From assembly GCA_040754875.1 (NCBI GenBank), contig JBFMBT010000002.1, positions 1-50,165 on the forward strand: a stretch of DNA of 50,165 bases, in the 5' to 3' direction. The position numbers and the translations under genes were made by a program. Below, piece after piece: positions 15,481-23,958 of the stretch; position 1 is the stretch's first letter; every line of letters starts with the position of its first letter. Under the pieces are notes generated by a model. That model had not been told where the DNA came from and searched no databases. It was given only the letters and a program-made list of their open reading frames with translations. The stretch is from Verrucomicrobiota bacterium (GTDB lineage: Bacteria > Verrucomicrobiota > Verrucomicrobiia > Limisphaerales > JBFMBT01).

Positions 15481-16440
15481 GGATTCAAATTCCTCGATGA
15501 CGTCCTGAAGAATTTCATCCAGCCTCCGCGCCGGCTTGAATCCGATCAAACTCGACACTCTCGTCAAATCGGGAACGCGCCGTTGCATGTCCTCGAAACC
15601 CGGCGGATACGCCTCGTCATACGGAATGATCCGGATCTCGGACGCGGACCCCGTTTTCTCGACCACCCGTTCGGCCAGCTTCCGAATGGAAATCTCCTGG
15701 TCGGAACCGATGTTGAACACCTTGCCGTATGCGGCCGGGTGGATCAGCAGATTGACCAGCGCGGGGACCACGTCCTTCACATGGCAGAAGCAGCGCGTCT
15801 GGGTGCCGTCGCCATACACGGTGATGGGCATGCCGCGAAGCGCCTGCGAAACGAAATTGGGGATGACCATTCCGTACTGCCCGGTCTGGCGCGGTCCCAC
15901 GGTGTTGAACAGCCGGACGATCGTGACCGGCAGGCGCGTTTCCCGGTAATAGGCCATGGCCAGGAATTCATCCGTGGCCTTGGAGTTCGCATAACCCCAG
16001 CGCGCCTTTTCCGTCGAACCCATGACAGTGTCATCGCTTTCGGAAAACCGGCCGTTGGTGCATTTGCCATAGACTTCCGAGGTCGAAGTGATCAGCACCG
16101 GTTTCCGATAGCGCGAGGCGCTGCTCAACACGCGCTCGGCGCCCACGATGTTGTTGATCAGGCACTCGGTCGGCTTCTCGATGATCAAGCGCACCCCCAC
16201 CGAGGCCGCCAGATGATACACGCGGTCGCACCCCCGGATCAGTTCATCAACCAGCGACTCGTGCCGGACGTCGTCGATGTAACACTGGAAGCCCGCCCGC
16301 CCCTGCAGGTGCTCGATGTTGCCATACGTTCCCGTGGAAAGATTGTCGATGACCACGACATCCTCTCCCCGCTCGATCAAGTAATCCGCAAGATGCGAGC
16401 CGATGAAGCCCGCCCCGCCTGTTATCAGATGCTTTGCCAT
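15328..16440 (-). CDS. NAD-dependent sugar epimerase/dehydratase (extended SDR; UDP-glucuronate decarboxylase / 4-epimerase-like)
   Basis: TGGAGFIGSHL Rossmann motif; catalytic YANSKATDE (YxxxK). The C-terminal ~50 aa (..SKPRVASLRATLGQATEAEPTLKGLEHDVPKPAARGCNPVGVGNA) are encoded by the repeat cluster. Confidence 0.9.
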   Translation of the reverse strand: MAKHLITGGAGFIGSHLADYLIERGEDVVVIDNLSTGTYGNIEHLQGRAGFQCYIDDVRHESLVDELIRGCDRVYHLAASVGVRLIIEKPTECLINNIVGAERVLSSASRYRKPVLITSTSEVYGKCTNGRFSESDDTVMGSTEKARWGYANSKATDEFLAMAYYRETRLPVTIVRLFNTVGPRQTGQYGMVIPNFVSQALRGMPITVYGDGTQTRCFCHVKDVVPALVNLLIHPAAYGKVFNIGSDQEISIRKLAERVVEKTGSASEIRIIPYDEAYPPGFEDMQRRVPDLTRVSSLIGFKPARRLDEILQDVIEEFESQRDSVSKPRVASLRATLGQATEAEPTLKGLEHDVPKPAARGCNPVGVGNA

Positions 16441-16575
16441 AATTTGTATTTGTTAAAACGGTTCAACGTATCAACGCATCACGATTCAACGTTTTGGTGC
16501 CACGTGGGATTATGTGGGACAAACTGCCGGTTCCGCCCGCTTCCGCCCGATATCGGCACGTTTGCCCCGCCACCT

Positions 16576-17853
16576 TCAGGCCTCGCCCGCGAGCGCGTAC
16601 GCCACGGCAAACCAGAACACCAGGTAGTAACTGGGCTCGGCCGAAATGCACCCCGCGATGACCAGCGACAGCAGAAGCGCCAGCGGCAGCGAGCCGGCGG
16701 GCTTGAGCCGCGCCTTCCACGCCGATACCAGAGCCGGTTTGACCACGCCCCACGCGAACAGCGCAAATCCAATGAGCCCGGTTTCGACCAACAACTTCAA
16801 AGCCAGATTGTGCGAGCTGACCACGACCTGCTCCCGCAACAAATGCGGCATCGCGCGACGGGTCAGCTCGAAGGCGTAACCATCCGGCCCCGAACCATAC
16901 ACGGGGCTCCGCAGAAAAATTTCCCAAAGCACCGGGATCATGCGCGCGCGCCCTTCCTGGTTCGCAATCCGCGAGACGTCCAGTTTCTCAAATCGTTCCA
17001 CCACGGCCGGGACTTGCGACATCACCCCCGCCAGCACCGCGCCCGCCAGCACGAGGACCGCAAACCGCTTCGCCCGCGAACCGAAGGCCCGACCGTAAGC
17101 GAACAACAACGCGACGCCCATGATCACGATCAACAGCGCCGTGCGCGTGCCGGTCTTGGCCAGCGCCGCCAGAACCACGGCCATCAATGCGAGCAGCACC
17201 AATCGCTCGTGCAATTTGGTGTCCTGGAACATCCCCAGCCCGACCATGGCGATGGCGGCGACGGCGTAGGTGGCCCCGATCACGTTCGCGTTCTCTCCGA
17301 AGACCGTCGAACGCCCTTCGAGCCCGCCGAAATGGATAACTCCGATACCCGCAAGATGGCACGCAGCGCAAAGGGAACTGCCCCAGATCAGCGCCCATAG
17401 ACCTTTGCGCGCCATGCCCGGGATTTGCAGCACATTGAACATCACCCAGACACAAGGGATGGAATATTGAATCCAATGGATGGTGCTGGGCCACCAGTGG
17501 CCAAACATCTCGGGGGAAAGCCAGAATCCCGCGGCCAGTCGCCAGCCGCAATACGCCAGAAACCAGACCATCGCGACCGGAAACAGCCGGATGCAAATTC
17601 TCGGTTCGGACAGCGCGGCGAAAAGGATCAACGCCTGCACCATCCGGATGACGCCGATCCGATCGCCTGTCCCCGGCAAATAAAACCGATAAAACGGTAT
17701 GGTGAATATCGAAAGGTAAAAGGCCCAACGCACGAGGGCGCCTGGTTGCAACACGACCGATCTGCCGACCCGCGTGGTCGGAGCTCTTCGCTCTGTATCC
17801 GCGACCGCACTGGTTACGGCAGGCGCGTCCATGGTTGGACCTATCGCGGGCAT
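16576..17853 (-). CDS. O-antigen ligase / Wzy-type polymerase family membrane protein
   Basis: 425 aa and polytopic. Wzy_C-like region KTGTRTALLIVIMG ... SSHNLALKLLVETGLIGFALF. It overlaps the asnB-like 3' end by 13 nt. Confidence 0.8.
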   Translation of the reverse strand: MPAIGPTMDAPAVTSAVADTERRAPTTRVGRSVVLQPGALVRWAFYLSIFTIPFYRFYLPGTGDRIGVIRMVQALILFAALSEPRICIRLFPVAMVWFLAYCGWRLAAGFWLSPEMFGHWWPSTIHWIQYSIPCVWVMFNVLQIPGMARKGLWALIWGSSLCAACHLAGIGVIHFGGLEGRSTVFGENANVIGATYAVAAIAMVGLGMFQDTKLHERLVLLALMAVVLAALAKTGTRTALLIVIMGVALLFAYGRAFGSRAKRFAVLVLAGAVLAGVMSQVPAVVERFEKLDVSRIANQEGRARMIPVLWEIFLRSPVYGSGPDGYAFELTRRAMPHLLREQVVVSSHNLALKLLVETGLIGFALFAWGVVKPALVSAWKARLKPAGSLPLALLLSLVIAGCISAEPSYYLVFWFAVAYALAGEA

Positions 17854-19853
17854 ACCTCCACTTCTGTCACAGGCCTCGCGGCAATCGCAACGGGTGGCTC
17901 CACCTGAGGAGGCACCACTTGCTGTTCATCCAGCCACGCCTGAAACGTCAACACGTACCACAGCGCGGGGCTCCAATCGCGTCTTTGCGACAGGTGTTCG
18001 CGCCATCTTTTTTGTATGGTTCGCGCCTCGAAAAAACCTTCCCGCCGCAGTCGCGTCTCGTCCAGCAGATGCTCGGCCCACGCACGCAACGGGCCGCGCA
18101 GCCAATGCGCAACCGGCGCCGCAAATCCTCGCTTGGGACGGTCCACCAGCGCGCGGGGGACATACTGATGGAGAAGCTGCCGCAGCAACCATTTGCCCTG
18201 GCCTCCCCGTTGCCGGAACCGGGTCGGAAGACTTAGGGCAAATTCAATGATTCGGTGATCAAGCAAAGGAATCCGCGTCTCAAGACTCACCGACATCGCC
18301 GCTCGATCCACTTTGACAAGGATGTCGTCCGGGAGAAACGAAACAAGGTCCAGCCAGCTCATCCGCTGCAGCAGCTCGGGGAGGTTGTCCCAGGGGGAAT
18401 GCGCGTCGAATCGAGTCGCCGCTTCACGCGCGTCCACCAGCCACGCGGACGCATCGCGGTTCGAGGACATCACCACGCGGTAAAGCGCCCGGTCCGTCGG
18501 CGCCGACAGCAAGTCCGAGAGGTTGGTGAGACGATTCAGCGTGCCGCGCGCCAGTCCGACGGTGACACCCAAGTCCAGTCCCGCGTTGGAAAATGCCTTG
18601 AGTCGCTGGGCAAGTCGTCTGCGAAGCGTCTCAGGAACACGTGCGAACACGCGCCAGACGCGCTGGGTCTTGCGATAATGATCGTAGCCACCGAACAGTT
18701 CGTCGCCAGCGTCACCGGACAGGCTCACCTTGACCCGCGAAGCCGCCAGCCCGCAGAGCAGCAGCGTCGGAATTTGCGACGAATCCGCCAGCGGCTCATC
18801 GTAAATCGAAGCCAGCTTGGGAACGGCTTCGAGCAGTTCTTTGTCCTCAACATAGAGTTCGGTGTGGTCCGTGCCGAGATGACGCGCCACGCCCTTGGCG
18901 AACGGCGCCTCATCAAATCCGTCCTGATGGAACCCGATGCTGAATGTCCTGACCGGGCGCGCGCTCTGTTCCTGCATCGCCGCGACCACGAGCGACGAAT
19001 CAATCCCGCCCGACAGGAACGCGCCCACCGGAACGTCCGCGATCATTTGCCGGGCGACGGACTGGCGCAACAACGCGTTCAGCCGCCCGCGCGCCTCCAT
19101 TTCATCGCCGTCGAACGGTCGTGCCGCTCCCGCCTCAGCCAAAGCTTCGGGCGACCAATAAGGCTGCGGTTGGGTTGTCTGCCGCGACCGGATTTGCGCC
19201 TCGGTCACCGTCAGCACACAACCGGGCGGCAACTTGTAGTGGTCCTCATAAATGCAATGCGGTGAAGGGATGTACCCCTGCCGAACCAGCAACGCCAGCG
19301 CGCCACGATGGACATTGCCGCGCCACGCGGGATGGACTCGCAACGCTTTCAGTTCCGAGCCGAACAAAAGTGTGTTTCCCGCCCATCCATAATACAATGG
19401 CTTCTCGCCCGCGCGGTCTCGAACCAGGCTCAGTGTGCGCGCATGGCGGTCCCACAAAGCAAACGCAAACATGCCGGCGAACCGCTCTAATGACGGCAGC
19501 AGGCCCCATTCGCTGAACGCCGCCAGCATCGCCTCGGTGTCCGAATGCCCGCGGAAACGATGGCCGCGATCCTCCAGCTCCCGCCGCAACTCCTGGAAAT
19601 TGTAAATCTCCCCGTTGAACGTCAGGACATAACGGCCATCAGCCGAGTGCATCGGTTGATGCCCCTCGTCGCTCAAATCCAGAATCGCGAGACGTCGATG
19701 CCCAAGCGCCACGCCGGCCTCCGCATCGGCCCACGTCCCTTCGTCGTCCGGCCCGCGATGCGCCAGCGTCGAAACCATGCGTTGCACGATCTCTTCACAC
19801 TCGTCCGCGTCACGATTCCGCGACGCGTCAAAGAATCCAGCAATGCCGCACAT
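17841..19853 (-). CDS. asnB: Asparagine synthase (glutamine-hydrolysing)-family amidotransferase
   Basis: I trimmed to ATG 19853 so that the protein begins MCGIAGFF (N-terminal nucleophile Cys2). PP-loop is FLSGGIDSSLVVA. The track ORF's 21 extra N-terminal codons lie in AT-rich repeat sequence. Confidence 0.9.
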   Translation of the reverse strand: MCGIAGFFDASRNRDADECEEIVQRMVSTLAHRGPDDEGTWADAEAGVALGHRRLAILDLSDEGHQPMHSADGRYVLTFNGEIYNFQELRRELEDRGHRFRGHSDTEAMLAAFSEWGLLPSLERFAGMFAFALWDRHARTLSLVRDRAGEKPLYYGWAGNTLLFGSELKALRVHPAWRGNVHRGALALLVRQGYIPSPHCIYEDHYKLPPGCVLTVTEAQIRSRQTTQPQPYWSPEALAEAGAARPFDGDEMEARGRLNALLRQSVARQMIADVPVGAFLSGGIDSSLVVAAMQEQSARPVRTFSIGFHQDGFDEAPFAKGVARHLGTDHTELYVEDKELLEAVPKLASIYDEPLADSSQIPTLLLCGLAASRVKVSLSGDAGDELFGGYDHYRKTQRVWRVFARVPETLRRRLAQRLKAFSNAGLDLGVTVGLARGTLNRLTNLSDLLSAPTDRALYRVVMSSNRDASAWLVDAREAATRFDAHSPWDNLPELLQRMSWLDLVSFLPDDILVKVDRAAMSVSLETRIPLLDHRIIEFALSLPTRFRQRGGQGKWLLRQLLHQYVPRALVDRPKRGFAAPVAHWLRGPLRAWAEHLLDETRLRREGFFEARTIQKRWREHLSQRRDWSPALWYVLTFQAWLDEQQVVPPQVEPPVAIAARPVTEVEVCPR

Positions 19854-19929
19854 AGGTTCCGGCGTTGAATCGTTAAATCCTTGAACCGACCGCGGCGGTC
19901 CGATTTGACGGTTCAACGATTCAACAGTT
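19854..19929. repeat. AT-rich 'TTCAACG/AATCGTT' unit repeat forming an imperfect inverted repeat (GTTGAATCGTT ... AACGATTCAAC)
   Basis: Fills the whole gap between two genes. The same units recur at 15212-15240, 16441-16500, 20779-20835, 21178-21205 and 22829-22966. Confidence 0.75.
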
Positions 19930-20778
19930 TCACGAGGTTGAGTTCATCGTGGTTTGGCTGCGTTCTCCCGTTGGTGACGAGTCATCTCCACCCCTCGTCA
20001 TGGCCCACAGTTTCAGTTTTCCGCGAATCAGGATTTCGGACACCCGGGGGTGCATGCAGAGCCAGGCCGACCATTTGCTTTCCCGCAGCGTGATCTCCTC
20101 CAGAACGTCGTTTAGCGAGACAATGTGGGCGCCGTAGTGATCCACGTCGTTGCGAAATTGCCGCACACGCGCGGCGTCCCAGTGATTGTGATGAGTGCAA
20201 ACCGTCCACACACCCGCTGGCGCCGGACGGAAATAGTGCATTTGCAGCGGCATCCACACGACCCGTTTCGGCGCCTCTCCGTTTACGGAGCCGGCTGGGG
20301 TGACGTACGGCCACTGAAAATATCCGGCGCTGATGACATCGATGCCAAACTGCGGCAGCAACGCGACAGTGGTGGCGTCGAACGTGTCGCTCGGCGCGAT
20401 CCAGACACGCGACGTGATTCCCTCACGTGCGAAGATACCCATACCGCGCCGTAGTTTCTCGCGCTGCGCGTCGGCGGGAAGCCCGGCAAACTCGCTCCGC
20501 TTTCGGGCCGCCGCCAGGCCCGCCGTCCGCGACACGTAGCGGTGTTGAAAGCCATGCAAGGCAATCGTCCAGCCACGGTCCTGCCAGCCGCGCACGCGGT
20601 CCCAGAAATCCACCGCCGGGGAATCCACCTGCAGTTCCGGGTCGCGGTTGTCCGGCACGACGGCCAGAATCGGCTTGAGGTGGCGCTCGACCAGGACCGA
20701 TTCGATCTCCGCCCACACCCGCCAGTTCATGGTCGGGCAGATATCGTCGAACCGCAGCAGATATTGCGGGTGGGTCAT
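19930..20778 (-). CDS. DUF2334-type (polysaccharide deacetylase-like) protein
   Basis: LLRFDDICPTMNW..., ILAVVPDN and HGFQH motifs, as in DUF2334/PgaB-like deacetylase-fold proteins. Confidence 0.6.
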   Translation of the reverse strand: MTHPQYLLRFDDICPTMNWRVWAEIESVLVERHLKPILAVVPDNRDPELQVDSPAVDFWDRVRGWQDRGWTIALHGFQHRYVSRTAGLAAARKRSEFAGLPADAQREKLRRGMGIFAREGITSRVWIAPSDTFDATTVALLPQFGIDVISAGYFQWPYVTPAGSVNGEAPKRVVWMPLQMHYFRPAPAGVWTVCTHHNHWDAARVRQFRNDVDHYGAHIVSLNDVLEEITLRESKWSAWLCMHPRVSEILIRGKLKLWAMTRGGDDSSPTGERSQTTMNSTS

Positions 20779-20934
20779 GGAGGGTTAAATCGATAAAATC
20801 GTTAAATCGGTATTAGCGTTAAAAAGGGTTAAAAAGGCGGGCCATTTGCGTTAAACGTGTCCCGGTGGCCCGCTTTCGATGGATTCGGCGGTTGGCACGT
20901 GAGACGAGGCCATCCCCCCCACCCGTGAATATGC

Positions 20935-20970
20935 GGTAATAACCGGTTATTACCGGTTATTACCGGTAAC
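20935..20970. promoter_or_regulatory. Candidate operator: three ACCGGT cores at exact 10-bp spacing inside overlapping palindromes
   Basis: GGTAATAACCGGTTATTACCGGTTATTACCGGTAAC. GGTAATAACC|GGTTATTACC is a perfect 20-bp palindrome, and TTACCGGTAA is a second palindrome. It lies in the largest (427 bp) and most AT-rich gap of the locus, 157 bp upstream of the start at 20778. Confidence 0.35.
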
Positions 20971-21075
20971 GCGCCATTCATGCTGCCGGATCGGAGGTCC
21001 AAAGCCGTCGTATGGGCCAGTACATTTTTCATGCGTCGGCACTTTGGCACATCGGGCGGGAGCCTGTCTAACAAA

Positions 21076-21111
21076 GCAGCAAACACTGCAAACTATGCAA
21101 ACTGTGCAAAC
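21076..21111. repeat. Four tandem 9-bp repeats (GCAGCAAAC ACTGCAAAC TATGCAAAC TGTGCAAAC)
   Basis: Read directly from the sequence, in the same intergenic region as the ACCGGT array. Confidence 0.8.
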
Positions 21112-21205
21112 TAAATCTTCGTTGAAGGGTTGAATCGCCAAAGCGGGCACCCCCACACGCCCGGCGGTGAATCCACCGTCGTAACGATTTATCGCTTTTG
21201 ACGAT

Positions 21206-22828
21206 TCACCGCTTTAACGGCTCCGCCGGCACCAATTCCGCGAAGCGCTCAAGATCATCGTATTTCTTCTGCCACGTCGTGTACATCACACCGCTCACGC
21301 CTCCGATGCGGCGCGTGGCCTCGAGCCATTGCCGGATGATTTCAGGGTCACGGTCGTAGTAGCCGGCAATGACCTGCTGATGGCCTCGCCGCGCGAACCA
21401 GCGCAAACTTTGCGCGCGCTTTTCAAAATACCACGGAAGAATGACCACGTCCTTGTCCAGCCCTTTCCATGAACCGGACAGGTCGCCGCGCACCAGGTAG
21501 TAATTCTTTCGCGCGTTGTGGTTCGGATCGAACATGTCGCCCCAGACGTAAATGCGGCCGCCGGGATTGACCTCACGAAGAATGCTGATGCAGGCGCGCG
21601 CGTTGTCGGCGAGCAACTCGCCGGCATCGAGGTCGCGACGCTGGCAGGCGGCGCACCAGTTGAGCACGCGAATTTCATCGTGCGACATCAGGTAACCCTT
21701 GGCGTTCCAGGCCGCATGCATCCGCCGGGCCTGGTCGCGCAGCAATTCCAACGTGCGCGGTTCGGAAGGACAGATCGTCGCCTGGCCGGCGTGAATGGTC
21801 GCGGCGTGGTAATAGGACACGCGCAGGCAGGTGCCGTCGGGCAGCCCCGTCTTGATGACGGGCGGTTCGTGCCAGACATCGTAGGCGCCCTTCCACGGCG
21901 ATGTGCCCATTCGCGGATCGGAGATTTTCTCGAAATCGCGGCCCTCGGCCAGCGCGCGGCCGTCTTCACTTTTCACGACGAGCGGTGTTCCCTCGCGGCG
22001 CACCAGATTGAGCAAGCCAACTTCCTCCAGGCGCGCGTCGTCCAACCAGAGTGAACCGGTCTGGCCGTCCCAGGCGCCGAGATAGAGATTGGCCTCCTTG
22101 TGGTTGAGTGAATTGAACACCGTGTGATGCGTCGTCCAATCCTGCGTCGGCTGCGCGCCCAGTTGGTTGAAGCTCAGGACGCGGTTCCCGGCGATCACCT
22201 GGATGTCCGGCGTGCCGCGGAAGTTCTCCGTTTTGATCCGCACGGAAATATGGTACTGGCGAAAGGGAGCGAGGCGGATCCTCTGCACGAGGCGCGCGTG
22301 TTCTCCTTTCGGATTCCGGATCAACGCCGCGCCGGCCTCGGCGGTGACGGTGGCATCCTTCCAATCCCATTGGCGGAGGTCCGCAAAATCGCCGCCTTTG
22401 AGCGACACCGGCGGGTCGGCCTCAAGCCTTGCCTCACCGCCACGCACGACGAACCGCGCGTCGCGAACCGGCAACGCCTCGATCAGGTTCGGGTCGTGCC
22501 AGAGCAGGACGTTCGAATGGCCGATGGCGAACAGGGCCGGAACAATTTCGAGGTCCAGTCCGGCGGCAATGGTTTTGACCCGTTCCACGTTGCGGAAGTA
22601 GTGCTCGTCCATCTCTCCAAGGCGGGCGAACGCCGGATCGGCCAGCAGCACGTGGGTATAACCGGCCTGGGCGGCCCGACGAAACATGGTTTCCAGGTCA
22701 TCAATGTTCTGGTCCACCTCGAGATTCTGCGAGCAATAGACCCAGCGTTCCGACACCGGCATCACCGGACGTGTGCAGGACACGGCGAACAGCGAAACGG
22801 CGACCATGGCTGGAAACAGGCTGCGCAT
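21206..22828 (-). CDS. Secreted or lipoprotein hypothetical; possible TIM-barrel glycoside hydrolase interrupted by a CBM-like beta-sandwich
   Basis: Signal peptide with a possible lipobox (MRSLFPAMVAVSLFAVSC). The central segment (~aa 125-290: ..RIRLAPFRQYHISVRIKTENF..LWLDDARLEEV) looks like a CBM4/9-type jelly roll. YLMSHDEIRVLNWCAACQ resembles the H-x-G-x-D-E region of GH20-type enzymes. The functional call is weak. Confidence 0.4.
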   Translation of the reverse strand: MRSLFPAMVAVSLFAVSCTRPVMPVSERWVYCSQNLEVDQNIDDLETMFRRAAQAGYTHVLLADPAFARLGEMDEHYFRNVERVKTIAAGLDLEIVPALFAIGHSNVLLWHDPNLIEALPVRDARFVVRGGEARLEADPPVSLKGGDFADLRQWDWKDATVTAEAGAALIRNPKGEHARLVQRIRLAPFRQYHISVRIKTENFRGTPDIQVIAGNRVLSFNQLGAQPTQDWTTHHTVFNSLNHKEANLYLGAWDGQTGSLWLDDARLEEVGLLNLVRREGTPLVVKSEDGRALAEGRDFEKISDPRMGTSPWKGAYDVWHEPPVIKTGLPDGTCLRVSYYHAATIHAGQATICPSEPRTLELLRDQARRMHAAWNAKGYLMSHDEIRVLNWCAACQRRDLDAGELLADNARACISILREVNPGGRIYVWGDMFDPNHNARKNYYLVRGDLSGSWKGLDKDVVILPWYFEKRAQSLRWFARRGHQQVIAGYYDRDPEIIRQWLEATRRIGGVSGVMYTTWQKKYDDLERFAELVPAEPLKR

Positions 22829-22966
22829 GGGTTTGACTGGTTACTGGAGTTAAATGGTTGAATCGTAAAATCGTTACAACGTTGAATCGGATTCGAGAAT
22901 TATGAATGGAACCGTTTTAACGTTTTAACAATTCAACGACTCAACGTTTCAACGATTTAAGAACAC
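22829..22966. repeat. AT-rich 'TTCAACG/AATCGTT' unit repeats, two arms in inverted orientation
   Basis: GGTTGAATCGTAAAATCGTTACAACGTTGAATCGG ... TTCAACGACTCAACGTTTCAACGATTTAAG. Confidence 0.75.
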
Positions 22967-23800
22967 TCACACTGCCGCGGCGGGCTCGTGATTGTTCGCC
23001 GCGGCCGGCTGCGTGACCGGCGCCTTTGAACCTGAGGAAAGGAGCTTGGCCCGGTTGAGCAGTCCGGCGACGGTGAGCACCAGCCAGCCTTTGAGCGTCA
23101 CGATTTGTTCGCCCTCAAATTCGCGCCGGACTTCGCCGCCGAAGCCCCGCTTGAACTCGTTGATCCGCAGCAGCGCGGCGTCCGTGGTTCCCGCATACCA
23201 GCCGCCGAAATCGAACCGCGTCAGCCCCGCTTCCTTGTACCGGAGAATGTCATTCCAGAAGAGATAACGGTTGGCCCGGCCAATCATGTTGCGCGTGGCA
23301 CTGTCGGAAAGGCCTGGATACAACGATGGCGAGTGCAACTGGCTGGCCCGCTGGTGGTCGCGATAATTGCCATGGAAGACCAGCGCTTTGCCTTGTGAAT
23401 CCCGGGCGACTGAGAGGTCCAGAACGCCGGCGGCCGCCATGCCGTTCAGACGCGCCCGGTCTAATGGTGACAAACCCTTCGTTGGCGCGAAGGCGTTGTA
23501 CATCTCCTCGAAGCGATCCAGCACCGCCGGGTCATTCGGATCACAACACTCGCACCGGATCTTGTCCCGGTCGCGGGCACGCCGGATTTTGTAGGCCGTG
23601 TCGTCGTGCAGGCGCGCCTTCAATTCTCCGACGGTCTGCGCCAGGTCAATCACGCAATTGTGGAAATCCCGGCACTTTGCGCCCGGCACGGGACAGGAAC
23701 GCAACCGGTAAAGGACCCAATCCACCGAACGGAAGTCGCTTGGTTCGTCATCGTACCAAGCTTCCGCCCGGGTAAGAAACCGTGATCGGTAGATGAACAT
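22967..23800 (-). CDS. FemAB-like / GNAT-fold aminoacyl- or acyl-transferase
   Basis: 277 aa. The pattern ..TAYKIRRARD.. / ..ALVFHGNY.. / ..RANRYLFWNDILRYKEAGLTRFDFGG resembles the C-terminal FemAB/Acetyltransf_6 core (RN.IRKA ... A...L.W..I......G...FDFGG). Confidence 0.55.
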   Translation of the reverse strand: MFIYRSRFLTRAEAWYDDEPSDFRSVDWVLYRLRSCPVPGAKCRDFHNCVIDLAQTVGELKARLHDDTAYKIRRARDRDKIRCECCDPNDPAVLDRFEEMYNAFAPTKGLSPLDRARLNGMAAAGVLDLSVARDSQGKALVFHGNYRDHQRASQLHSPSLYPGLSDSATRNMIGRANRYLFWNDILRYKEAGLTRFDFGGWYAGTTDAALLRINEFKRGFGGEVRREFEGEQIVTLKGWLVLTVAGLLNRAKLLSSGSKAPVTQPAAANNHEPAAAV

Positions 23801-23834
23801 CCGAACCTCTTTCTTTCGTTGTGTGATTCCTGCG

Positions 23835-23945
23835 AGTTATGGACTGCGGTGGCAATCCCGCACAGCGGGAGCGACAGCGCCTTCGTGAAGCAATCAAAGC
23901 GCCGTCGCCGCTGCGCTCTGCCAGCGCAGTCCAAGGGTTCAAACC
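23835..23945. repeat. Palindromic intergenic repeat (GGACTGCGGTGGCA ... TGCCAGCGCAGTCC with an inner CCCGC-ACA-GCGGG hairpin)
   Basis: The 14-bp arms match 13/14 at 23841-23854 and 23919-23932. The inner perfect hairpin is at 23857-23869. Confidence 0.65.
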
Positions 23946-23958
23946 GCGACCGTCACTT

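Noticed and set aside
20829-21086. An 85-aa ORF (and a 68-aa ORF at 20950..21156) inside the large intergenic region.
   Set aside because: They are translated across the ACCGGT palindrome array and the tandem 9-mers. They have no SD, no plausible fold and no conservation signal, so the region is better explained as regulatory or repeat DNA.
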